Part shown: positions 32,909-43,300 of the stretch, in pieces
How positions within the stretch are numbered: the first letter of the stretch is position 1
Layout of the letters: every line of letters begins with the position of its first letter
From: Pseudobdellovibrionaceae bacterium
GTDB lineage: Bacteria > Bdellovibrionota > Bdellovibrionia > Bdellovibrionales > UBA1609
Length of the DNA stretch: 64,000 bases
Direction: 5' to 3'
Assembly (NCBI GenBank): GCA_025354795.1
Contig: JANXMF010000216.1
Coordinates: 1,138-65,137 of the forward strand
Translations under genes and position numbers: made by a program
The notes under the pieces: generated by a model
Database searches by the model: none
Seen by the model: the letters and a program-made list of their open reading frames with translations, nothing else
What the model was told of the DNA's origin: nothing

Positions 32909-34387
32909 TTAGAAAACCTGCGACACCGAAGACAGCATCGCCTGATAGACCGGCTCCGCGGCCAAGCCACACGCCACCACCAGCAGGCCTAAAAACGCCA
33001 CCGTGAAATAGCTTAGCGGGCGCAAGCGCAAAACCCCGCGCCTGAGCAGCGGTTCTTCCATATACATCGCGACCACCGGTCGCAAATAGTAAAATACGCT
33101 GATCACACTTCCGACCACGCCCCAAACCGCAAGCCAAACCAGGCCCTGTTTGATCGCCGCTGAAAAAATAAAAAACTTACCGAAAAAACCCAGCGTTGGT
33201 GGAATTCCCGTGAGGCTCATAAGCAAAATGCTCATGGTCAGAGCCACCCACGGCTTCTCGCGCGCCAAACCTTTCAAGTCCTCGAGGGTGAGATCGGCAT
33301 CGGCATGAGGTTCAAGAATATGTAAAACTCCAAAGGCGCCGGCCGTCATGATCGAGTAAGAAAAAATATAAAACATCACTCCGCCCGCGCCCAACATACT
33401 CGAACCGCCAATCCCCGCGGCCACCACGCCAATCATGACATAACCCGAATGAGCAATACTCGAGTACGCCAGCATGCGCTTTAAACTTTTTTGCCGAAAG
33501 GCGCCCACATTGCCAACCAAAATCGTGAGCGCGATCAACCATTGGAGCACATCCACGAACGGCCAAAACTTCTCCACCGTAAACGCCTGTGAAGCCACCA
33601 GCCGCAAAAAGAATGCGAGCGAGACCGCCTTCACGCCGGTCGCCATAAAAGCTGTGAGCGGGGTCGGCGCCCCTTGATAAACATCGGGCGCCCAGGAGTG
33701 AAACGGAAAAACTGCGATTTTGAAACAGATGCCCACTAACAATAAAACAAAGCCTAAGAGAAAGAGTCGGTTGGTCGCCAGTAAATTCGGCGAGGCTTGC
33801 AACAGGTCCGGCAGATAAGTCGAGCCCACCGTGCCGTAAATAAAGGAGATCCCATAGAGCATAATGGCCGAAGCAAAGCTGCCTAAGATAAAATACTTAA
33901 ACGCCGCCTCTTTCGACAGCTTCTCTTCCATACTCATGGCAATGAGCACATAGAGGCTCAGCGAAAAAAGCTCGATGCCAACAAACGTCACGATCAAATC
34001 ATTGGCCCAAACCACCGTGAGCATGCCAATCGCAGCGTTCAGGGTTAAAAACGTCGCCTCGGTAAATTGCCCCGGATTGGTGGAATAGCTGTCGCGCGCG
34101 AACGTCAGCGCTACGGCAGTGACCAGCAAAACGATGAGTGTGGTGCAAAATGAAATGCCATCAAACACCAAGGCGCCGTCAAAGGCCGAGCGCGCGACGC
34201 CCAGCATCGATAAGGTAAAACCTGCCGCCACCACAATCCCTACGTAGGCGTAGATCAAGGTGGCAAAAGAATTCTGCTCCTGATTTCCGCATAACACCTT
34301 GATCAGCAGCGGAGTGCAGCTGGCGACAAACAGCGCGAGTGCCGGCGCGACTAGCAAAAAATCGATCAGGCTAAAAGCGACTTGCAT
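32909..34387 (-). CDS. nuoN: NADH-quinone oxidoreductase subunit N
   Basis: 492-aa antiporter-like polytopic protein in the last position of the nuo operon. Confidence 0.85.
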   Translation of the reverse strand: MQVAFSLIDFLLVAPALALFVASCTPLLIKVLCGNQEQNSFATLIYAYVGIVVAAGFTLSMLGVARSAFDGALVFDGISFCTTLIVLLVTAVALTFARDSYSTNPGQFTEATFLTLNAAIGMLTVVWANDLIVTFVGIELFSLSLYVLIAMSMEEKLSKEAAFKYFILGSFASAIMLYGISFIYGTVGSTYLPDLLQASPNLLATNRLFLLGFVLLLVGICFKIAVFPFHSWAPDVYQGAPTPLTAFMATGVKAVSLAFFLRLVASQAFTVEKFWPFVDVLQWLIALTILVGNVGAFRQKSLKRMLAYSSIAHSGYVMIGVVAAGIGGSSMLGAGGVMFYIFSYSIMTAGAFGVLHILEPHADADLTLEDLKGLAREKPWVALTMSILLMSLTGIPPTLGFFGKFFIFSAAIKQGLVWLAVWGVVGSVISVFYYLRPVVAMYMEEPLLRRGVLRLRPLSYFTVAFLGLLVVACGLAAEPVYQAMLSSVSQVF

Positions 34388-34399
34388 AACTTAGTTCCT

Positions 34400-35911
34400 C
34401 TACTCTTCCAAATTCAGTTCATAGTGTCCGCGGTGTTGCACAAAGTTTTCCACGCTCGACTTGGACCAGTTTAAAAAATCGTTAGGAAACAGTCCCATCC
34501 AAAAAATGAGAATCACAAATGGTGTGAGCACACACAGCTCGCGCGCACCGATATCAAAGCCTTCGCCATGGTGCTCGCGGATGACCTTGCCCTCGGCGCC
34601 AAAAAATACTCGTTTGACCGCCCACAACATATAGACCGCGCCTAAAATCACGCCCAGCACCGCCAGCCCGCCAAACACCTGATGGCTCTGAAAGGTGCCG
34701 AGTAAAATCAAAAATTCGCCGATAAAGCCATTGGTCAGAGGCACCGCAATGCTGGAAAAGGTGACCAGCAAAAACGCGATGGTGAAGAGCGGAGCGACCT
34801 TGGCCAAGCCGCCATAATCGCCGATCTGCCTGGTGTGAGTCTTCTCATAGATCATGCCTACCAACAAGAACAGCGCGCCCGTGCTCACTCCGTGGTTTAG
34901 CATCTGATAGAGCGCTCCGGTCGCGCCATATATATTGAAGGCAAACAGGCCGAGCATCACATAACCCATATGTGAGACTGACGAATAGGCCACAAGTTTT
35001 TTCAAATCTGGTTGCACCATCGCCACCAAAGCGCCGTAAATAATTCCCACCACTCCGAGCAGCAAGAAGAGCCACGACCATGACTCAACCGCAGCCGGGA
35101 ACATTGGCAGCACAAAACGCATAAAGCCATAGGTCCCCATTTTTAACATCACTGCGGCCAGGATCACGGAGCCCGGAGTGGGCGCTTCCACGTGCGCATC
35201 CGGTAGCCAGGTGTGAAACGGGAACATCGGCACCTTAATCGCGAAAGCCAGAGAGAATGCAAAGAACAGCAACGTCTGGGTACTCAGGAAGGTATTGCCC
35301 ACAAACGGGATCTGCAAATGATAAAAGTCCAAAATGCTGGCGCTCATGGTGCCCGACTGCTCTTGAGTCATAAAAATCAGCGCGATAATCGCTAGCAGCA
35401 TAAAGAGCGAGCCGGCCATGGTGTAAATAAAAAACTTCATGTTGGCATAGAGGCGCCGCGGGCCGCCCCACACGCCGATTAAAAAATACATAGGAATCAG
35501 CGAGGTTTCAAAAAACACATAGAACAAAATCGCGTCCATGGCTAAAAACGTGCCGAGGGTGCTGGTGAGTAAAACAAAAATCGCGAGGTGAAACGCGCGC
35601 ACCCGGCTGGTGATACTGCGCCAACTGCCCAACACCACCAATGGCGTGAGAAAAGTCGAAAGCAGCACCAACCAGAATGAAATCCCGTCCACGCCCACAA
35701 AATAATTGATGCCAAAAGTCGGCACCCACGACGCGTGCTCGACCAATTGCAGCGTCGCCTTTTGCGGATCAAAGCGATAAAACAAAACACAGCTGAATAA
35801 AAAATGGAGCACGCTCAATAACAGCGCACTCGGACGCACCCACCGCTCAGGCACCAGCGCCAACACCAGCGCGAAAACCAGCGGCAAAAAAATCAATAGA
35901 CTGAGAAACAT
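34400..35911 (-). CDS. nuoM: NADH-quinone oxidoreductase subunit M
   Basis: 503-aa antiporter-like subunit with the FAIKVPMFPFHTWLPDAHVEAPT motif. Confidence 0.9.
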   Translation of the reverse strand: MFLSLLIFLPLVFALVLALVPERWVRPSALLLSVLHFLFSCVLFYRFDPQKATLQLVEHASWVPTFGINYFVGVDGISFWLVLLSTFLTPLVVLGSWRSITSRVRAFHLAIFVLLTSTLGTFLAMDAILFYVFFETSLIPMYFLIGVWGGPRRLYANMKFFIYTMAGSLFMLLAIIALIFMTQEQSGTMSASILDFYHLQIPFVGNTFLSTQTLLFFAFSLAFAIKVPMFPFHTWLPDAHVEAPTPGSVILAAVMLKMGTYGFMRFVLPMFPAAVESWSWLFLLLGVVGIIYGALVAMVQPDLKKLVAYSSVSHMGYVMLGLFAFNIYGATGALYQMLNHGVSTGALFLLVGMIYEKTHTRQIGDYGGLAKVAPLFTIAFLLVTFSSIAVPLTNGFIGEFLILLGTFQSHQVFGGLAVLGVILGAVYMLWAVKRVFFGAEGKVIREHHGEGFDIGARELCVLTPFVILIFWMGLFPNDFLNWSKSSVENFVQHRGHYELNLEE

Positions 35912-35919
35912 CTCTTACC

Positions 35920-37848
35920 TCACAACAACACGACGGTCATAATCACCACGACCCCAAGAGCCATGTACAAGGCGTAACTTTGGGTTTTTCCATTTTGTAC
36001 GGTCTTCACGAAGGCGGCCAAGCCCGACACCAGATCGCCGGCGAAATAGGTGGCCTTGTCGATAAAATTAATATCGATGTAGAGCCACAGCGCCTTCGAA
36101 CCTTCGACCAGGGGGCTGATCAAACGCGCGAAATAAAATTCGTCGACGTAATATTTATTGTATACGGCCTGGTAAACTGGACCTAGCATTTGTGCGATCT
36201 GCTTAGGCAGCTGCGGACTAAACAAATAACATATAAACGCGAGGCCCGACGCAAGGCCCGCCAGCGCGACTGAAATTCCCATGAGCGACATTTCTACGAT
36301 CGCGCCCCCGTGGCCTTCGCCAAGCTTCGCGGTGACCGGCTCTAGCCAATGTTCAAAAATCCCCGCCGGCACTCCCGGTAGGATTCCCGCGAGCACGTGA
36401 GGAATTCCAAGCCAGCCCCCCACCACCGACAGAAAGCCCAGCACGATCAAAGGAATCGTCATCGTCGGGGGAGACTCATGCGGGTGCACGTCCTGACCAA
36501 AGCGGCTCCTACCCCAAAACGTCAGGGCCATCAAACGGGTCATATAAAACGCCGTCATGGCCGCCGTCACCGCGCCTACAAACCAAAGATATTTAGAGCC
36601 CTGCGGGCTCGAATAGGCTTGCCACAGAATTTCATCTTTGCTAAAAAATCCCGCAAACGGTGGGATGCCGATAATCGCCAGCCAACCAAACAAAAACGTC
36701 AGATGGGTGATCGGCAAATATTTGCGTAAGCCCCCCATCTTGCGAATGTCTTGCTCTTCATGCATGGCATGAATCACCGAGCCCGAACCCAAGAACATCA
36801 GTGCCTTAAAAAACGCATGGGTCATTAGGTGAAACTGCGCCGCCGAGAAGGCGCCGACTCCGACAGCCAAAAACATATATCCGAGCTGCGAAACCGTCGA
36901 ATAAGCCAAAACCCTTTTTATATCCCACTGGGTGATGCCAATCGAAGCGGCCACCAGGGCCGTGAGCGCGCCAACCCATGCAATCACACCCATCGTCAGC
37001 GGCGCCATCACCAGCACATGGCTCATGCGCACAAAAAGATAAACCCCCGCGGTCACCATCGTCGCCGCATGGATGAGCGCAGAAACCGGAGTCGGGCCCG
37101 CCATGGCGTCGGGCAGCCACACGTAGAGTGGGATTTGCGCAGATTTGCCGGTGGCACCAATAAACAAAAACAGTGTAGCAAGAGTCAGTGGACCGCTCCA
37201 GCTCATTTCCGCCATCTCGGGAATCAAATTGGCGAGGTCGGCATAATTCACACTATTGTATGTAAAAAACAAAATAAAGATGCCGATTAAAAACCCGGCA
37301 TCACCGATGCGGTTGGTGACAAAAGCCTTCATCCCGGCTGCGGCCTTTTGCCCGTCCGTAAACCAAAATCCAATCAACAAATAGGAGCACAGGCCCACGC
37401 CCTCCCAGCCGACAAAGGTGATCAACAAGTTATCGCCCAGGACCAGCACCAACATGTTGAACAAAAACAAATTTAGATAGGCAAAATATTTGGCGGGGCG
37501 CTCGTCGTGGGACATGTAGCCTACGCTAAATAAGTGAATCAGGCTGCCCACGCCGGTGATAATCAAAATCATCACCACGCTAATTTGATCGACCACAAAA
37601 CCAAATGGCACCTGAAGATTTCCAACTGTGATCCAATCAAAGAAGCGCGTCGCCAACACTCGTGACTCCGGCGGCATCTTCAGCAAGTCAAAATAAAGCA
37701 TTAGCGAACAAATAAAGCTGGTGGCTGCCGCGCCCGTCGCGACCGCCCCCGCCACCACCGCATTGTGCGAGCGAAAGCGCACGCCATTAAATAAGAAACC
37801 CAGAAGTGGAGCAATGAGCAGAGTTAAAATTATCAGCGCATGATTCAT
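35920..37848 (-). CDS. nuoL: NADH-quinone oxidoreductase subunit L
   Basis: About 642 aa. It has the GKSAQIPLYVWLPDAMAGPTPVSALIHAATMV motif and a long C-terminal lateral-helix region. The ATG at 37848 lies 1 nt after the nuoK stop (the long ORF starts at 37869). Confidence 0.9.
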   Translation of the reverse strand: MNHALIILTLLIAPLLGFLFNGVRFRSHNAVVAGAVATGAAATSFICSLMLYFDLLKMPPESRVLATRFFDWITVGNLQVPFGFVVDQISVVMILIITGVGSLIHLFSVGYMSHDERPAKYFAYLNLFLFNMLVLVLGDNLLITFVGWEGVGLCSYLLIGFWFTDGQKAAAGMKAFVTNRIGDAGFLIGIFILFFTYNSVNYADLANLIPEMAEMSWSGPLTLATLFLFIGATGKSAQIPLYVWLPDAMAGPTPVSALIHAATMVTAGVYLFVRMSHVLVMAPLTMGVIAWVGALTALVAASIGITQWDIKRVLAYSTVSQLGYMFLAVGVGAFSAAQFHLMTHAFFKALMFLGSGSVIHAMHEEQDIRKMGGLRKYLPITHLTFLFGWLAIIGIPPFAGFFSKDEILWQAYSSPQGSKYLWFVGAVTAAMTAFYMTRLMALTFWGRSRFGQDVHPHESPPTMTIPLIVLGFLSVVGGWLGIPHVLAGILPGVPAGIFEHWLEPVTAKLGEGHGGAIVEMSLMGISVALAGLASGLAFICYLFSPQLPKQIAQMLGPVYQAVYNKYYVDEFYFARLISPLVEGSKALWLYIDINFIDKATYFAGDLVSGLAAFVKTVQNGKTQSYALYMALGVVVIMTVVLL

Positions 37849-37849
37849 T

Positions 37850-38176
37850 TCAGCCTCGAAGATGTTCAAAAAAGCGGATATTCACTTCATGAAATTTCTT
37901 ATAAATGGCGACGGCCAACGCTAAACCCACGCCGGCTTCCGCCGCGGCGATGGTCATCACAAAAAACACCATTATGTGGCCATTGAGATTTCCGCTCTCT
38001 TTGGAAAAAGCGATGAACGAAAGATTCACCGCATTCAACATCAGCTCGATGCCCATTAACATCACAATAACGTTTTTACGCATCAGCACGGCGATCATCC
38101 CGAAAGAAAACAAGATGCCGGACAGAAAAATATAATGGGCCAAACCGATATGCAGAAAGTTGTCAGCGCTGAGCAT
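37850..38176 (-). CDS. nuoK: NADH-quinone oxidoreductase subunit K
   Basis: 108 aa with three TM helices. The MGIELMLNAVNL motif contains the conserved Glu. Confidence 0.9.
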   Translation of the reverse strand: MLSADNFLHIGLAHYIFLSGILFSFGMIAVLMRKNVIVMLMGIELMLNAVNLSFIAFSKESGNLNGHIMVFFVMTIAAAEAGVGLALAVAIYKKFHEVNIRFFEHLRG

Positions 38177-38687
38177 GAGTGCCTCCCCGAATGCGCGAAA
38201 CCGCGACCACGCCGACCGCCACCACCAGTAGCAACAGTCCCAGCGCCTCGAACGCGAATAAATATTTGGTGTAAAGCAAAAGCCCCAGCTGGCGGGTCAC
38301 ATCCGCCGGCGCCCGCGCAGCCTCGACCGGCTTGTCTAAAATCGCCACCGAACTATTGGCCGCGCCAATCGCCAGCCCCGCCAGCAACGCCGCGGACATC
38401 ACCTTGAGGCCGCCAGAGAACAGCCCCTGACTAAAAGCCCGAATCTCCGCCTTCAAATCAAACAGCATCAACACCATCACAAACAAAACCATCACCGCGC
38501 CGGCATAAACGATCATCTGTACCCCGGCGATAAACTGCGCGCCTAGATTAAAAAACGCCGCCGACAAACCCACCATGGTCAAAACCAAATAAAGTGCCGA
38601 GTGAATCGGATTAGGAACCGTGATCGTCTGAAACGCGAAGTAAATCAGAAAAATAGCGAGGGCATAAAACCCAATGGCTTCCCACAT
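38163..38687 (-). CDS. nuoJ: NADH-quinone oxidoreductase subunit J
   Basis: 174-aa membrane protein positioned between nuoH and nuoK. Confidence 0.85.
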   Translation of the reverse strand: MWEAIGFYALAIFLIYFAFQTITVPNPIHSALYLVLTMVGLSAAFFNLGAQFIAGVQMIVYAGAVMVLFVMVLMLFDLKAEIRAFSQGLFSGGLKVMSAALLAGLAIGAANSSVAILDKPVEAARAPADVTRQLGLLLYTKYLFAFEALGLLLLVVAVGVVAVSRIRGGTHAQR

Positions 38688-38690
38688 GAC

Positions 38691-39884
38691 TTAGCCTCCC
38701 CAAGGATGGCGCATAACCAAAATGATCACGGCGGTGACAACGGTATTCAGCAGCGCCCACGGCAACATCTTGCGCCAGCCGAGATCCATCAATTGATCAT
38801 AACGAAAGCGCGGAAGCGTCCAGCGCACCCAAATAAAAATCCACAAAAAGAACACGATCTTGGTCAAAAACACCACGTGCAAAAGTAAAGCGCCAAGCAA
38901 ACTCACAGCCGTCGAAGTCGTGCTCCAACCCATTAAGCCCGCGATCGGAGCCATGATCTTCGGCGCGGTCTCGGGGGTTAGCCACGGATAGACCGTGTAC
39001 CCGCCAAAATAAAAAATCACCATTAGCGCCGAGGCCACGAGCATGTGGCCATATTCGCCGATAAAGAACATATTGAACTTAAAGCCCGCGTACTCGGTAT
39101 GGTAACCAGCCACCAACTCACCCTCAGCTTCGGGCAAATCAAATGGTAAACGGTTTGCCTCGGCAAACATTGCTGAAAATAAAATCACCGCACCGAGAGG
39201 TTGATAGAAAATGCCCCAGTTGGGCAGAACGCTCCACTCCACCTTGTGCCCGAGAAACGCGAAATTCAACGGCGCGCTCTGCGCCGTCACGATCTCGGAA
39301 AAGCTAAAGGTGTTAAATAGCAAGATCACGCCCACAATCGCCAGGCCCATTGCCAACTCATAGCTGATCGTTTGAGCGCACGCCCTCAGGGCACCGTAGA
39401 GCGCATATTTATTATTGCTGCCGTAACCAGCGAGTAAAACCCCAAACGCGGCCAAAGACGATATTCCGAGGACAAAAACTATTCCGATACCGATTTCGTA
39501 GGATTGAAATTTGAAAACATACGGACCCCAGTGCTGGCCAAGCATTGAAAACGCCTCGACATTCACCGGCATCGACAGCGGAATGGCTCCAAACGCCAAT
39601 GCCGCGGGAATCATCGCCACCACTGGCGCCAAATAAAACAAAAAGGGGTAACCGCGCTCGGGAATAAACTCTTCCTTGGTCAAAAATTTTATCGCATCGG
39701 CCAGGAGCTGCATCAGCCCCAGCGGACCGACTCGGTTGGGGCCAAAACGATTCTGAATGTATGCGGATCCGCGCCGCTCCACCCACACCAACAGCGGCAC
39801 GATCTGCACCATCATCAGAAATATGGCGACCATTTTGGCGAAGTTAACGCCGACCTCAAACGCATCTGTTCCCATTATTCCCAT
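38691..39884 (-). CDS. nuoH: NADH-quinone oxidoreductase subunit H
   Basis: VERRGSAYIQNRFGPNRVGPLGLMQLLADAIKF is the NuoH/ND1 signature. An alternative ATG at 39875 forms a TAATG junction with nuoA. Confidence 0.9.
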   Translation of the reverse strand: MGIMGTDAFEVGVNFAKMVAIFLMMVQIVPLLVWVERRGSAYIQNRFGPNRVGPLGLMQLLADAIKFLTKEEFIPERGYPFLFYLAPVVAMIPAALAFGAIPLSMPVNVEAFSMLGQHWGPYVFKFQSYEIGIGIVFVLGISSLAAFGVLLAGYGSNNKYALYGALRACAQTISYELAMGLAIVGVILLFNTFSFSEIVTAQSAPLNFAFLGHKVEWSVLPNWGIFYQPLGAVILFSAMFAEANRLPFDLPEAEGELVAGYHTEYAGFKFNMFFIGEYGHMLVASALMVIFYFGGYTVYPWLTPETAPKIMAPIAGLMGWSTTSTAVSLLGALLLHVVFLTKIVFFLWIFIWVRWTLPRFRYDQLMDLGWRKMLPWALLNTVVTAVIILVMRHPWGG

Positions 39885-40246
39885 TCCAAGGCTTTAGATT
39901 TGACTTCCCAAAACAGACCGAAAATAAAAATCGCTAAAAAGAAGCTCATCGCCCCCAATATATAGAGGCCAAAGCCGTTGGCGATAAAATCGCCGTAGGT
40001 GAGTGCCCACGGATACATGAAAATGATTTCGATATCGAATAGAATGAACAAGATCGCCGTCAGATAAAACTTGATCGAAATTTTGGTGGAGCCGGAAGTG
40101 TCTGACGGAAGGCCGCACTCATAGCTTTCGCCTTTCACGGCGTCGGGGCGTCCCTTCTCACTGATCAAGCTTGAGATCCATAGCAAAGCCACGCCAAAAA
40201 TAATGACGAAAACGGCCAAGACGAGCACGGGCAATAGTTGCGACAT
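39875..40246 (-). CDS. nuoA: NADH-quinone oxidoreductase subunit A
   Basis: 123 aa. YECGLPS...FDIEIIFMYPWA is the NuoA/ND3 signature. Confidence 0.9.
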   Translation of the reverse strand: MSQLLPVLVLAVFVIIFGVALLWISSLISEKGRPDAVKGESYECGLPSDTSGSTKISIKFYLTAILFILFDIEIIFMYPWALTYGDFIANGFGLYILGAMSFFLAIFIFGLFWEVKSKALEWE

Positions 40247-40337
40247 CGGGTCTCCACAAGTAGGATGCAGAAACGTTTCTTTTGGTTATAAATTGCCGTT
40301 GTTTCAAATCCAAGAACGAAGGTTGGCGCGGTGGGTT

Positions 40338-43300
40338 ATGTTTGAGCATTTACCGTGGAAAATTGAAAACACCCTAGACCGGTTTTTGCGCGGGCGCGAG
40401 CCGACTCTGGATATTGTTGGAACCGACTCAACGACCCTGTTGGCGGGCCTCTTAAGTCTGCCGAAGGTGGCCTTGAACGAGCGCCCCCACCTGGTTTTGA
40501 CCGGCAATTCTGTCAGTGCCGAGCGCATCGTGCGTTCACTAAAATTTATTTCCCCAAGTGCCTCTCCTCACGTTCTGCCCAGCTTTGACGTAGGCGTCTA
40601 CTCCGGGCTCTATCCGAATCGCCGGGTCATCGCCGGCCGCCTCAGTTGGCTGTGGAAGGCGCAAAACGCCAAGCCCGGAGATATTTTCATCGCCCCGATT
40701 GAGGCCCTGATCCAACGGACCCTGCCCTACAACACTTTAGCCCGGCGGGCATTTTGTCTACACCGCAACGATGTTTTGCCGGCGGAATTCACTGCTAAGC
40801 TTGAAGCCCTCGGCTACGACAATGTGCCCATCGTGGAGGATGTCGGGACTTTCTCCATTCGCGGCGGCATGGTCGACGTATTTTCGCCAGCACATCCGAA
40901 TCCGGCACGGCTCGAGCTCTTTGGCGACATTATTGAATCGCTGCGTTTCTTTAATGTGGAAAACCAGCGCAGCCTGGACGAAAGTCACACCACGCTCGAG
41001 GTCATTCCCGCGCACGAAGTGCTATTCAGCGACGAGAATCGGCAAAAGGCCGCAGCCCGCTTTAAAGCTTCGTTCGCAGGCCGACCCGTCGATCGCGAGG
41101 AATCTGCTTCACTATTACATCAATTGGTACAGGGCCAGTATTTTCATGGCGTCGAATTTCTGCTCGCTTATTTTTATGATACGCCCGCACTTCCGGTCGA
41201 ACACTTCAACACCTCACTCAACGTGTGGCGCCTCGATGGCTTTGAGTTAGAACGGCAATACGACCAGCTTATGGCCGAAGCCAAAGGCGAGTACGCCTCC
41301 TCGGAAGAGCAAATCGTGCGCCCGCTTTTGAACGAAGTGTATTCCTCGTTTGACCACGTGCAGTTTCCCCCCGACAGCCAAACTCTGAGCCTCAACAAAG
41401 TGCGGCTCGGTGATGCGGAGAGTGCGGTGCTGCCATTGTCCACTTCGGACCTGCAGGAGGTCGCGAGCGCCGCGCGCGCCCTGGCCACCCAGGCCCATGA
41501 GCTCGCGGATTTTTTAAATAAAAAAATCAAGGAATGGAAGAATCTCGGCTACAGCATTTTTATTTCGGTAGCCACGCAAACTCAAGCCCAACGCCTGCGC
41601 CTGATGCTGGAAAGGTCCGAGATCACCGCTGCGCAAGTGGACGCCGCCGACTACGCGTGGGATGACTGGACCGATCAACAGCGCGCAAACCCCAACCTTA
41701 TCCACATCGTCGAACGCTCGGTCGGCGAAAGTCTGCGGTTTTCCGAAGAACATATGATCATTTTGCGCGAAGAAGATATCTTCGGCAATAAACGCGCCCG
41801 CGCCGAATACAAATCCAGCGGCACGCTCGAAAAGCGCGCCCACGCTTTCAATTTCGGCGATCTTAAAACCGGTGATTTGGTGGTGCACAAACTCCACGGC
41901 ATCGGCGTATTCGAAGGCCTTAAAGTCATGCCCATTCAGGGCATCGCCGCCGAATTTATTCAGATTAAATACAAAGACAACGACCGCCTCTACCTGCCAG
42001 TGTACCGCGTTCATCTGATGCAGAAATATTCCGGCCCGCAAGCTGGAACCATGATCGACAAATTGGGCGGACCCGGCTGGGAAAAAACCAAAACCAAAGT
42101 GCGCGCTCACCTGCGCGACGTGGCCGCCGAGCTCCTGGAAATTTATGCAAAGCGAGCCGTCGCCGAACGCCCTGCATTTTCACCGCCGGGTCCGGACTAC
42201 CTGGGTTTTGAAGCCGTGTTTCCCTACCAAGAAACCGACGATCAACTGCGCGCCGTCCGCGACGTCTTAAGCGATCTGCAAAAACCCCATCCCATGGACC
42301 GCCTAGTGTGCGGCGACGTGGGCTTTGGCAAAACCGAAATCGCCATGCGCGCGGCCTTCGCCACAGTCCATGACCACAAGCAAGTCGCCATCATTGCCCC
42401 AACCACCGTGCTCACATTTCAGCACGTTGAAACTTTTAAAAAGCGCTTTGCCAAATGGCCCTTCGTCATTCGCTCGCTGAATCGCTTCGTGTCGAAAAAG
42501 GAAGTCACCTCCACCCTCAAGGACCTGCGCGAGGGCAAGGTAGATATTTTGATCGGCACTCACCGCATGCTCAGTCAAGATGTGCAGTTTAAAAACCTGG
42601 GCCTGCTGGTTGTCGACGAAGAGCAACGCTTTGGCGTGAAGCACAAAGAACGCTTACGCAAAATGAAAGCGAGTCTCGACACCCTGGCTATGTCGGCCAC
42701 TCCCATTCCGCGCACTTTAAATCTAAGCCTCGTCGGCATCCGCGATCTCAGTCTGATCAACACGCCACCGGTGGATCGCCTGGCCACTCGCACCTTCGTA
42801 ACCAAGTTCGACAAGGACGTGATCCGCAAAGCCATCACCAGCGAAGTTGCCCGCGGAGGTCAGATTTATTTTATTCACAACCGCATTCAAAGCATTTACG
42901 ATCTCGCCGACCAACTCAAAGAAATCGTTCCCGAAGTCCGCTTCAAGGTGGCGCACGGACAAATGGAGGAAGGTGCGCTGGAAAAAGTAATGGTCGAGTT
43001 TTTTCACCATGAGATCGACATGTTGGTGTGCACCACCATCGTTGAATCTGGAATGGACGTGGCGTCCGCCAACACTATGTTTATCGACAACGCTCAACAG
43101 CTCGGGCTCTCGCAACTTTATCAATTGCGCGGCCGCGTCGGTCGCAGCAAAGAGCGCGCCTATTGTTACCTGCTAATTCCCAACCACCGCCGCTTGGAAA
43201 AAGACGCCCAAGAGCGTCTGCGCATCATCCAAGAAAACACCGCACTCGGTTCCGGCATTCGCATCGCTCAATACGATCTAGAGCTGCGCGGAGCCGGCGA

